Positions 9,162 through 17,873 of a stretch of DNA of 64,000 nt are shown here, piece after piece; positions within the stretch are counted from its first letter, which is position 1; every line of letters begins with the position of its first letter. The position numbers and the translations under genes were made by a program. This DNA is from Candidatus Latescibacterota bacterium (GTDB lineage: Bacteria > Latescibacterota > CBDEFO01). The notes under the pieces are model-generated. The model worked only from the letters and a program-made list of their open reading frames with translations, was not told where the DNA came from and did no database searches. The stretch spans positions 64,001-128,000 of the forward strand of contig CBDEFO010000003.1 of NCBI GenBank assembly GCA_965237525.1. The letters run 5' to 3'.

Positions 9162-10029
9162 CCCACAGGCGGGAATTGTGGTGCAGGGCATTACGGGCAG
9201 AGAGGCGAGGGGGATGGTGGAGGACTCGCTGGCCTACGGGAGCAGAATTGTGGCCGGTGTAACGCCCGGAAAGGGCGGACAGAGCGTTCATGGGGTGCCT
9301 GTGTACGATACGGTTGCGGAGGCCGTCGATCGGTGGCATCCGACCGTCAGCATCATCTCCGTGCCGGCTCCCGCCGTGCTGGACGCAGCATTAGAAACCC
9401 TCTCAGCTGGTATTCGGCTCTGTCTGATCATGACCGAACGGGTACCGCGCCTGGACACGAGCAGATTACTGGCAGCGGCAGGGGCAGCGGGCTGCAGAGT
9501 CATCGGCCCCAATACGCTTGGGCTCATCCGTCCGGACATCGTCAAACTGGGCACCATCGGAGGGCGCGTGGACAATGTGCGCCGTTCGTTCACTCCGGGT
9601 CGTGTAGCCATCCTCTCCCGCAGCGGGGGCATGACTACGGAGATCGCCAGCTACTTATCGAGTCGCGGCATCGGCCAGAGCATAGCGATCGGTGTGGGTG
9701 GGGACTCGATTGTCGGTTCCGATTTCAGAGATCTGATCGAACTGCTCGAAGACGATCCGCGCACGGACTCCGTCGTCATCTATGGGGAACCCGGCGGCTC
9801 CGCGGAGGAGGAGCTGGCAGAGCGGCTAAGGAAGAAGCCGAGTCGACTGCACATCATCGCATTTTTGTCCGGCCGTTTCGTGGATGATCTGGAAGGCATG
9901 CGGTTCGGACATGCTGCAGTGATTGTCGAAGGAGGACGCGGCTCCGTTCGAGGCAAGGCGAAGGCCCTGCGTGAGGCGGGAGTATTCGTAGCGGACACCT
10001 TTGAAGAACTCTGCGAAGCGCTTCGCTAA
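9151..10029 (+). CDS. CoA ligase alpha subunit (SucD-like)
   Basis: VQGITG, GVTPGKGG, GPNTLG, SRSGG, FGHA phospho-His. Confidence 0.9.
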   Translation: MLLDPQAGIVVQGITGREARGMVEDSLAYGSRIVAGVTPGKGGQSVHGVPVYDTVAEAVDRWHPTVSIISVPAPAVLDAALETLSAGIRLCLIMTERVPRLDTSRLLAAAGAAGCRVIGPNTLGLIRPDIVKLGTIGGRVDNVRRSFTPGRVAILSRSGGMTTEIASYLSSRGIGQSIAIGVGGDSIVGSDFRDLIELLEDDPRTDSVVIYGEPGGSAEEELAERLRKKPSRLHIIAFLSGRFVDDLEGMRFGHAAVIVEGGRGSVRGKAKALREAGVFVADTFEELCEALR

Positions 10030-10447
10030 GAACTAAGACGATGAAACGTAATTCCGCGCTGGGAGATTCCTGCCAGGCTCGAACTCAGACGTAAAGATAC
10101 GACGTTTTGTCAAGATGGCACCCGCTTTATCCGGGCCCTTTTTGAACGCTTATGTGACTATGGAACTTGTCCCCGATTGAAGCCCCAATAGATTCAATTG
10201 GGGGTCGGGGAAACCCAGAGCCTTCAGCCGAGAGCGAAGCAAAGTGCTGCGCAGGGTCCGCCAAGTGATCTCGTAGACAGTGCGGTTTCCCATGGTAAGC
10301 TGACTACCCTCTATGATCTTGTCAAAACTATTTTGAACCGATACTTAATCCACGGGATCCCGTGTGTAGATCAGAATACGGAGAGAAAATGTGCAGGAAG
10401 ACCTGAATATGAATAGAAATAGAGGAAGGATAATCTGGGCAGAGCTC

Positions 10448-11035
10448 CTACCAGTAAATATAGCGGGTCAGTTTCCGTAAATCCTCTCGAGGAAGTTTTT
10501 CAAGATCGGGAATTACGTAGCGATTATCGAGGACATCCAGAAGAATCTTGCCTTTATCGCCGTGATCTTGAGTCTTATTGTGCTGCCAGAGCATCTCAAA
10601 CTGTCTTCTGCCACTTTCGTGGCTTGTTTGCTCCCCATCAAAGCGGCCGCGCCGCCCCTGCTGTGTCTCCGCATCGAAAAAGAGGAGTCCATATTTCCAT
10701 TCTACGTTGTAAATCTTTGTTATTTCATACTCAAAGTAGTGACGCGATAAGGACTCAAGGAGGAGTTCCTCAGCCTCCCTTGAAAAGGGTTTAGGGTCTA
10801 TTATAACCCCTATCTCATTTTCTTTATTGTTCTCGTCGTGATAACGCAGAGAAATATAACGATCAGGAGAGGACACGGGAAAGGCCAAGACAGCAAAGAC
10901 CCCTCTGTAGAGTTCTCCCTGACCATCCTCATCCTTGACGTGGGTGTGAAGAAGACTGAAGATGCCCTTGAAAATTTCGCAGTTTTCGGGGGTTAGTATG
11001 TACACCCCCGTCCTCGGTCGGTGGCTTTCTATCAT
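10448..11035 (-). CDS. DUF1854-like protein
   Basis: AFPVSSPDRYISL, EIGVI, DVLDNRYVIPD motifs; follows an ABC transporter, as is usual for this family. Confidence 0.75.
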   Translation of the reverse strand: MIESHRPRTGVYILTPENCEIFKGIFSLLHTHVKDEDGQGELYRGVFAVLAFPVSSPDRYISLRYHDENNKENEIGVIIDPKPFSREAEELLLESLSRHYFEYEITKIYNVEWKYGLLFFDAETQQGRRGRFDGEQTSHESGRRQFEMLWQHNKTQDHGDKGKILLDVLDNRYVIPDLEKLPREDLRKLTRYIYW

Positions 11036-11061
11036 CTCCCTTTTTCTCCGATTCTTTGGTC

Positions 11062-13293
11062 TTAATCAGATTCAATAGCCGCAAGCTCAGTCTGGATTCG
11101 AACCAATCTACTGTAGATGCCCTCCTTTGCCATAAGTTCATCGTGATTGCCGTGTTCGGCTAATGTCCCGTCGTCTATGACGTAGATACGATCGGCACCT
11201 CTTAAAGTGGAGAGTCTGTGAGCAATAGCTATGGTCGTACGACCTTTGGAAAGGACCGCTAAAGCCTCCTGTATCTGTCGCTCCGACTCTGTATCCACGC
11301 TGGAGGTGGCTTCGTCCAGAATAAGGATGGCGGGATCGCAGAGAAGGGCGCGAGCGATTGAAACGCGCTGACGCTCTCCCCCTGAAAGCCCCGATCCTCT
11401 TTCCCCCAACATAGTGTCGTATCCGGATGGGAGACGCATAATAAAGTCGTGGGCGTTGGCGGCTTTGGCAGCGTTTATTATCTCCTCCGGAGTTGCGCCC
11501 GGCTTGCTGTAGGCGATGTTTTCCGCCACGCTTGCCCGGATCAGAAAAGGCTCCTGGAGCACAAGCCCAACGTGGCTTCTGAGGTCATGACTTGATACGT
11601 CTCTTACATCCTTGCCGTCTATGCGCACGGAGCCCTCCTGCACATCGTAAAATCTGCACAAAAGGTTTATGAGCGTAGTCTTGCCGCTTCCGCTCTTGCC
11701 CACTATTCCTATCATCGCTCCTGACTCTATGGAGATGGAGACACCTTTTATAACGGGACTGTAGGGATCGTATCCGAAGACGACGTCGTCAAATTCTATG
11801 TCGCCTTTGACCTCCGGCATAGGTTCGGCATCTGGATCGTCTTTGATTCCTGGTTCTGTATCTAATATCTCAAAGATGCGCTGGCTTGAAGTCATAAAGG
11901 ACGTCAGCCAGTTGGAAAAGAACGTAAGTCTGGATAGGGGACTGTAGAACATCCCTATGTAACCTAAAAACGCCATCAGGGTCCCCAGCGTTATCTTATC
12001 CCCGAGGACGTCTTTTCCGCCGACGTACCATACGATGAGTCCACCGAGACTGAATACAAAAGCCATCATAGGGTAGAACGTCCCACTGCTCATTTCCACT
12101 TTACGGCTGCTATCCCTCAGATAGCCGATTCTATTTAGAAAGCGACTCTTTTCCCTGTCTTCCTGGGCAAACGCCTTGACCAGACGGATCCCGGAGAGGA
12201 CGCCGTACAGCATCGAGGAAAACTTAGACCGGCTGTCCCTGATCTTGAATTGTTTGGGATAGATGTATCGCCAGAAGACTACCGTCCCAAGTATGACGAA
12301 CGGGATGGGGATCAATATGTAGAAAGCAAGGCTCGCATTGAGATGAAAGAGCATCCCTCCTATGGCAAAGATAAGGATTATATTGACGAGGAACCCCTGA
12401 GTTGCTTGATCTATAAATCCCCGCAGTTCCTCTACATCCTGACTTACGCGGCTCATTAAGTCTCCCGCCTGCATCTTGTCGTAGTAGTCCACGGACATCC
12501 TCTGGAGCTTGTCAAAAAGCTGTCTCCTGACATCGTATGCAATCTGCGTCCCCACCTTGCTCGAAAGGCGGTTTATGAGGATATTTACAGAGTTTCTGAA
12601 AACATGCGCCCCGGCCAGCGCCGCCACTATGAGCAGTAGCCACTCCGTGTGAGTCTGCTCTGTCAGAACGTCATCTACCAGTATCTTCGTCAAATATGGA
12701 GGGAGCATATCCATACCGACTCCTGCAAACACCAACAGGAAAAGGACAATTGCCCACATCAGGTGTCCCCGCATCATCTTTATGATCCTGAACAGAACCG
12801 CTCCCTGCTTTATGCATTTCGGACAGGGAGCGTTAGGATCGGGAAGCGTTAAGCCACATTCGGGACAGACATTTGGATCGGGTGCAAGCAGAGCCTCCTT
12901 TTGAATATCCCTGTTATCTTTGAGACGTTTAAGCTGTGAAAGGACCCTACCGAATCGCTCCCGATAGCCGTTGGAGAAGCGAACCAGATCCAGGTGAAGG
13001 CCGTCCACTGAAGTCTGAAGGCAGGTACTCCCCACAGTGCTTCGAAGTTTAAAGTTCTCTGTCTCTTTGAACTTGAAGGGTCCGACTATGGGAACTTCTG
13101 GGGATTCTGCTATAGCGGCCACGTGTTCCGAGGTAGCCACAAGCCAGACGCAGGTCATCTGGCCGTGCTGGCTGAGGTCTCCCTCTGCGGCGATAAGGAT
13201 GTCGTCCTCTTTAATCTGGGCTTGGTCGAGGCGCTTCCGGATGGCCTTGGGGATTCCATCTTGAGAAGAGAGGACTATAAGATCGTTGTTCAT
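11062..13293 (-). CDS. ABC transporter, fused permease/ATP-binding (ABCB type), with N-terminal extension and CxxC..CxxC
   Basis: GKSGSGKTT, LSGGERQR, ILDEATS; TM domain; CPECG..CPKC. Confidence 0.95.
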   Translation of the reverse strand: MNNDLIVLSSQDGIPKAIRKRLDQAQIKEDDILIAAEGDLSQHGQMTCVWLVATSEHVAAIAESPEVPIVGPFKFKETENFKLRSTVGSTCLQTSVDGLHLDLVRFSNGYRERFGRVLSQLKRLKDNRDIQKEALLAPDPNVCPECGLTLPDPNAPCPKCIKQGAVLFRIIKMMRGHLMWAIVLFLLVFAGVGMDMLPPYLTKILVDDVLTEQTHTEWLLLIVAALAGAHVFRNSVNILINRLSSKVGTQIAYDVRRQLFDKLQRMSVDYYDKMQAGDLMSRVSQDVEELRGFIDQATQGFLVNIILIFAIGGMLFHLNASLAFYILIPIPFVILGTVVFWRYIYPKQFKIRDSRSKFSSMLYGVLSGIRLVKAFAQEDREKSRFLNRIGYLRDSSRKVEMSSGTFYPMMAFVFSLGGLIVWYVGGKDVLGDKITLGTLMAFLGYIGMFYSPLSRLTFFSNWLTSFMTSSQRIFEILDTEPGIKDDPDAEPMPEVKGDIEFDDVVFGYDPYSPVIKGVSISIESGAMIGIVGKSGSGKTTLINLLCRFYDVQEGSVRIDGKDVRDVSSHDLRSHVGLVLQEPFLIRASVAENIAYSKPGATPEEIINAAKAANAHDFIMRLPSGYDTMLGERGSGLSGGERQRVSIARALLCDPAILILDEATSSVDTESERQIQEALAVLSKGRTTIAIAHRLSTLRGADRIYVIDDGTLAEHGNHDELMAKEGIYSRLVRIQTELAAIESD

Positions 13294-13558
13294 TTTTTTA
13301 TTCTTGTCCCTATTAAAAAACAGTTTCGCACATAACCCGTCGGGGAACTCCCAATGTAGGATAGTTCCCTACTTTGTGCCGAAACTGTCAAATTAACGCA
13401 AACAAAACAATATGTTGGTGAATTTCTAGCCGACAATTAATATGAAAATTAAGCAAAAGTCGTCTCTTCGTCAAGCTGAAAGTGCAGATAGACTTAAAAT
13501 TGGTAATACAGAACACAGACAGTTCAAACTTTAGATCTCAATACCAGCAGTCGCATTA

Positions 13559-13778
13559 TTACTGAAAATGAACGATCTTTGAGAATGACTCGGGGTCAAG
13601 TGAGGCTCCTCCTAACAGCCCGCCGTCTATATTATCCTTCTCCATCAAGTCCGATATATTATCAGGTTTGACAGAGCCGCCGTATATTATTCTCACGGAG
13701 TCGGATGTACAGCTATCGTACATGTCCAAGCAATACCTTATGCAGGAGTGCACCTCCTCGGCCTGTTGGGGCATCGCT
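13559..13778 (-). pseudogene. tpiA: Duplicated 3' fragment of tpiA
   Basis: [39 protein letters not shown], near-identical to 16946-17170. Confidence 0.9.
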
Positions 13779-14218
13779 CCCCTGTTATAATCCATCAGGG
13801 ATTCAAAGAGAATTTTCAGTAGGTGGAAAGCTTCGGCCGTTAGGTCGGAGCTTTTACATTTGGTGTTACCTATATGCTCCACCACATAAAATGCTAACTG
13901 ACAGCCGACTGGGAGACGAAATTGTTACTTGCTGCCTTGGAAAAGCTTCCGCTTTCGACAAGATCACAGAAGATCTTCAGACTCTCTGGAAGCATCTTTA
14001 GGTGCGAATTCCAATATGAAATGTACAGTGCCGTCATATTTTCATAATGAAATATTTCTATTGCATTGCGCATCTACAAGCGCGGTATAACTCGATATTC
14101 AGGCGATCACTATAAGTAAACTAAAAGGCTGTAACTCTATGTTATTACACTATTTACTCTGACGAGATATGAGGACTTTAATATGACCTTTTACGATTAG
14201 AGGTTGCTGTTCAACTGT

Positions 14219-14234
14219 TGGCACAAATGTTGCA
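14219..14234 (+). promoter_or_regulatory. Sigma-54 (-24/-12) promoter
   Basis: TGGCAC-AAATG-TTGCA with correct GG-N10-GC spacing, about 70 nt upstream of the first peptide ORF. Confidence 0.75.
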
Positions 14235-14305
14235 CTAATACTATTATGAACGGCACGAAACACAGACAATTCAAACTTTAAATCATATAAGGGAGGTGAA
14301 AGACC

Positions 14306-14401
14306 GTGAAATTACTAATGCTGATAGAAGGTATAAGTCTGATTGTGGCAGTAGCAGCGTTTGAGATGTATGCCTACAACAGCCTCGCTGCCCTGTTCTA
14401 A
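14306..14401 (+). CDS. 31-aa hydrophobic peptide, copy 1 (MKLLMLIEGISLIVAVAAFEMYAYNSLAALF)
   Basis: RBS AAGGGAGGTG 7 nt before GTG; TAA stop. Confidence 0.75.
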   Translation: MKLLMLIEGISLIVAVAAFEMYAYNSLAALF

Positions 14402-14491
14402 CCCATCAGGGTTGTAGATTGCTGAAATATTATTGAGCGGCACGAAACACAGACAATTCAACTTTAAATCATATAAGAGAGGTGAAAGACC

Positions 14492-14587
14492 GTGAAATTA
14501 CTAATGCTGATAGAAGGTATAAGTCTGATTGTGGCAGTAGCAGCGTTTGAGATGTATGCCTACAACAGCCTCGCTGCCCTGTTCTAA
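14492..14587 (+). CDS. 31-aa hydrophobic peptide, copy 2
   Basis: Identical CDS; RBS AAGAGAGGTG. Confidence 0.75.
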   Translation: MKLLMLIEGISLIVAVAAFEMYAYNSLAALF

Positions 14588-14677
14588 CCCATCAGGGTTG
14601 TAGATTGCTGAAATATTATTGAGCGGCACGAAACACAGACAATTCAACTTTAAATCATATAAGGGAGGTGAAAGACC

Positions 14678-14773
14678 GTGAAATTACTAATGCTGATAGA
14701 AGGTATAAGTCTGATTGTGGCAGTAGCAGCGTTTGAGATGTATGCCTACAACAGCCTCGCTGCCCTGTTCTAA
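14678..14773 (+). CDS. 31-aa hydrophobic peptide, copy 3
   Basis: Identical CDS; RBS AAGGGAGGTG. Confidence 0.75.
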   Translation: MKLLMLIEGISLIVAVAAFEMYAYNSLAALF

Positions 14774-14884
14774 CCGATCAGGGTTGTAGATTGCCCAATA
14801 TTATTGAGCGGCACGAAACACAGACAATTCAACTTTAAATCGTATAAGAGAGGTGAAAGACTGTGACAACTGTGACATTACTAA

Positions 14885-16403
14885 AAGCCTTGTGAAATAG
14901 TTATGTCCCAGGCAGCGTCTGAAGCGCCGATTATGGGTCAAAGAGTAGCATATCGTATCGTTTTGCTGTGGAATAAGCAAAATAGTCTTATCAGAGTTCT
15001 GGTCAGCAAGGAACAGGAGCTGTTTGAAGAACAGGATGCACTGTCTTTGACAGACAGGGCACACATAGACGCTTTCCCCCTTCTTATGAAAGATACAAGC
15101 CTCTTGAGATTCTGTACTGTTGCAACAAGATTCAACTGTTCATTCAGTGAGGCTGGTCCTCTATAACGGGCTCGTCCCATACCGTGTTGTTGCCTGGCTT
15201 CAGCAAAGATATGTTCACTGCGTTTACGGAGTCTCCGGGAGAGTTTGTAGTCAGCTGTTAATGAGATAGACCGTGCATGATTTCTGGCTTTCGCCTCTCG
15301 CACTTTTCTATCCCGTTCGGCCTGAATATGTGCTGAATTTGTCTTGTTTTTCCATGTAGGAATCGGTTCAATCTTCTCATCGGCTCGCAGAGGAATATGG
15401 GGTATGATTCCCCGGTCAAGTACATCAGCGATAAAATTACCAGAACCGTAACCGGTATCGGCACTAAGTGTCTGAATGTCTTTGGGCATGGTGTATGTTT
15501 CAAGGTCATCTACCATCTTAAGGGCACTTTCGGGCTCTGCTGTCCCTGTCGCCTGCGTGCCCTGAGTCTCAAGGATTACTCTGCTTTTTGTGTCGATCAG
15601 ATCATGGCCCATAAACGAGAGAAAAGCCCCTTTGCCCTTCGATTTGCTGTATAAGCGCGCGTCGGGGTCTGTAGTCGAACGGTGTGTTTGGTTCGTCCAC
15701 TTTTCACCATGAAAGTCTTTATCCTGAGGATGCCCGGACCTACCCTTTGTCTTATCACCTTCAAAACCGATTCCCTTGAGATAATCATCAAGAGAAACAG
15801 GGGGTTCTATCGGCTCAATACTTTTCACTGAAGCATCAGCTTGTATCTGAGTGCCGTCGACACTAAGGTGTTTACCGCTCACAAGACCGACATCTATGCA
15901 ACACTGGACTACCTGACGCATTATCCGTTCAAACAACCCACTGGATGCCCACTTGTGATTGCGAAGCTTGTTGATCGTGCTCCTATCCGGAACCGCATCA
16001 TCAAATGTCTGATGACAAAACAACCGATATGCCGCATGCATCCCCACTTCCTGACAGAGCCGATTCTCACTCAAATTATACAGATAGCCAATAAGGATCA
16101 TTCGAACAACTAATTCAGGATCAATACCGGGTCTGCCATTGTCAGGGCAATAACAATCTGATACAACGTCTCGTACAAATGAAAAATCAACTGCCTCATC
16201 AATCTGACGAAGGATATGATCCTCGGGAACTAAATCCTCCATCTGAAAATAGTGAAACATCGGATTTGTCTGTTCCTGCTTTTGTGGGGTCATTGTTTCC
16301 TCCATGTATAATATTATCAATAACATAATATAATACATCGGAGCTGCTTTATCAATGCTTGTTCTATACTACTTTCTGAATCTAAGGGTTTTTCACAAGG
16401 CTT
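14885..16403 (-). mobile_element. IS1182-family element, copy 1 (1519 bp)
   Basis: Terminal IR AAGCCTTGTGAAA / TTTCACAAGGCTT; CTAA target duplication. Confidence 0.93.
14938..16338 (-). CDS. IS1182-family transposase
   Basis: VPEDHILR..GRPGIDP (DUF772-like), SVDGT, ADTGY, EHIFAE DDE motifs; likely start ATG 16293. Confidence 0.92.
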   Translation of the reverse strand: MYYIMLLIILYMEETMTPQKQEQTNPMFHYFQMEDLVPEDHILRQIDEAVDFSFVRDVVSDCYCPDNGRPGIDPELVVRMILIGYLYNLSENRLCQEVGMHAAYRLFCHQTFDDAVPDRSTINKLRNHKWASSGLFERIMRQVVQCCIDVGLVSGKHLSVDGTQIQADASVKSIEPIEPPVSLDDYLKGIGFEGDKTKGRSGHPQDKDFHGEKWTNQTHRSTTDPDARLYSKSKGKGAFLSFMGHDLIDTKSRVILETQGTQATGTAEPESALKMVDDLETYTMPKDIQTLSADTGYGSGNFIADVLDRGIIPHIPLRADEKIEPIPTWKNKTNSAHIQAERDRKVREAKARNHARSISLTADYKLSRRLRKRSEHIFAEARQQHGMGRARYRGPASLNEQLNLVATVQNLKRLVSFIRRGKASMCALSVKDSASCSSNSSCSLLTRTLIRLFCLFHSKTIRYATL

Positions 16404-16525
16404 CTAATGCTGATAGAAGGTATAAGTCTGATTGTGTGTACATCGTGTATGGTGTATGTCAACAGCAACATCGTTGCCCTGTTTTAATCCCTCAGGGATT
16501 CAAAGAGGATTTTCAGTAGGTGGAA

Positions 16526-16553
16526 AGCTTCGGCCTTTAGGTCGGAGTTTTTA
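16526..16553 (+). terminator. Rho-independent terminator closing the peptide array
   Basis: AAGCTTCGGCC-TTTA-GGTCGGAGTTTTT; a second copy at about 13828-13855. Confidence 0.6.
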
Positions 16554-16566
16554 CATTTGGTGTTAC

Positions 16567-16931
16567 CTATATACTCCACCACAGAAAATATGGATAATCA
16601 ACAATTAGATTGTAAATGAAGCCTACCACTATTCCCAGTATCACAAAAGCCGCTACTCCCGATATGAATCCTGCGGGCTTTCCGAATCTGTTGGTGACCT
16701 TAGATACAATTTTTATCTGTCCAAGAATACTACCACTCCCGGAAGAAAGAGAAAAACCCGTTCAGAGGCTGTACACCACGGACAATTCGGTGTCTGAGGA
16801 TGGTTGATATTACAGCAAGACACTGCCCCTGACCAGAGCCAGGTGCATCCGCACCTGAAGATAAACACGCACAACGGAGTAATAAAGACTAAAGTGAAGA
16901 CACCCCAGAATAACTTTTCTATAACTGTCAT
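16567..16931 (-). pseudogene. Cys-rich membrane protein (CxxxFxCGC..CC..CPWC), frameshift near 16720
   Basis: ORF 16713..16931 continues in another frame as GQIKIVSKVTNRFGKPAGFISGVAAFVILGIVVGF..YPYFLWWSI*. Confidence 0.6.
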
Positions 16932-16945
16932 CCGCGCAGGTCGCC

Positions 16946-17707
16946 TTATTGCTGAAAATGAACGATCTTTGAGAAAGATTCGGGGTCGAGTGAGGCTCCG
17001 CCTATCAGCCCGCCGTCTATATTATCCTCCTCCATCAAGTCCGATATATTATCAGGCTTGACGCTCCCTCCGTAGATTATTCTCACTGCGTCGGCTGTCT
17101 CGCTGTCGTACATGTCCAAAAGCAAGTACCTTATGTAGGAGTGCACCTCCTCGGCCTGTTGGGGCGTCGCTGTCTTGCCCGTTCCGATAGCCCAGACCGG
17201 CTCGTAGGCTATCGCAAGCTTTTTGACCTCATCAGAGGAGATCCCTGCCAACCCGTTCGATATGTGATCCCTCACCACATCGAACGTTTTTCCTTCTTCT
17301 CTCTCCTCCAACTTTTCGCCGATGCACATAACAGGGGTCAGGTTATGTCTCAATATAGCCATAACCTTCTTATTGACCTCATCATTGCTTTCTTTGAAAT
17401 ATTGTCTCCTCTCGCTGTGACCCGCTATCACATAGCTACATCCAATATCTTCAAGCATAGACGGTGACACTTCTCCTGTGAAGGCTCCTTCGTCCTCCCA
17501 GAACAGGTCCTGGGCTCCTAAACCGATGTTTGATCCCTTTATTACCTTGCCTACCGCATCCAAAGCCGTAAAGGGGGGGGCAATGAAAACCTCTGCATTG
17601 TCACTTACATCCTTCACTAAGTCCACGATCTTTTTTGATGTCTCTACTGCCTCTCCCACAACCTTATTCATCTTCCAGTTCCCGCCTATTACGGGGATCC
17701 TTGACAT
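16946..17707 (-). CDS. tpiA: Triosephosphate isomerase
   Basis: GNWKMN, GHSERR, AYEPVWAIGTG, YGGSV. Confidence 0.98.
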   Translation of the reverse strand: MSRIPVIGGNWKMNKVVGEAVETSKKIVDLVKDVSDNAEVFIAPPFTALDAVGKVIKGSNIGLGAQDLFWEDEGAFTGEVSPSMLEDIGCSYVIAGHSERRQYFKESNDEVNKKVMAILRHNLTPVMCIGEKLEEREEGKTFDVVRDHISNGLAGISSDEVKKLAIAYEPVWAIGTGKTATPQQAEEVHSYIRYLLLDMYDSETADAVRIIYGGSVKPDNISDLMEEDNIDGGLIGGASLDPESFSKIVHFQQ

Positions 17708-17731
17708 GCCTTTTCTCCTCAAATTTTCCCT

Positions 17732-17857
17732 TTATCTGGAGTTAGATCGCTGAGTCTGCATCCTCACAGCGCCGCATCTTCGACATATCCACTTTCTACG
17801 CTTGTGGAAGCTGCGCTTTTGCTCCGTCATCTTATATCCGCATCTTTTGCAGTACAA
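17732..17857 (-). CDS. 41-aa basic zinc-ribbon microprotein
   Basis: TTG start after GAGGTG RBS: MYCKRCGYKMTEQKRSFHKRRKWICRRCGAVRMQTQRSNSR; two CxxCG motifs; not in the ORF track. Confidence 0.7.
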   Translation of the reverse strand: MYCKRCGYKMTEQKRSFHKRRKWICRRCGAVRMQTQRSNSR

Positions 17858-17873
17858 TCTTTCGCACCTCGAT

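Larger units (their letters stand above)
14251..14884 (+). repeat. Tandem array of ~186-bp units (3 full plus start of a 4th)
   Basis: Units start at CGGCACGAAACACAGAC at 14251, 14438, 14624 and 14809; no variable spacers. Confidence 0.95.
14863..16487 (+). pseudogene. Divergent 4th peptide copy interrupted by IS1182
   Basis: Removing the IS and one CTAA restores MTTVTLLMLIEGISLIVCTSCMVYVNSNIVALF*. Confidence 0.75.

Noticed and set aside
13325..13390. Integron attC site
   Set aside because: No terminal GTTRRRY core, no integrase and no cassette array.
13559..13885. 108-aa ORF as a functional second TPI
   Set aside because: Lacks the catalytic N-terminal two-thirds; its N-terminus is read from duplicated non-coding DNA.
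14251..14884. CRISPR array
   Set aside because: Units are 186 bp, essentially identical, with no unique spacers and no cas genes; they encode ORFs.
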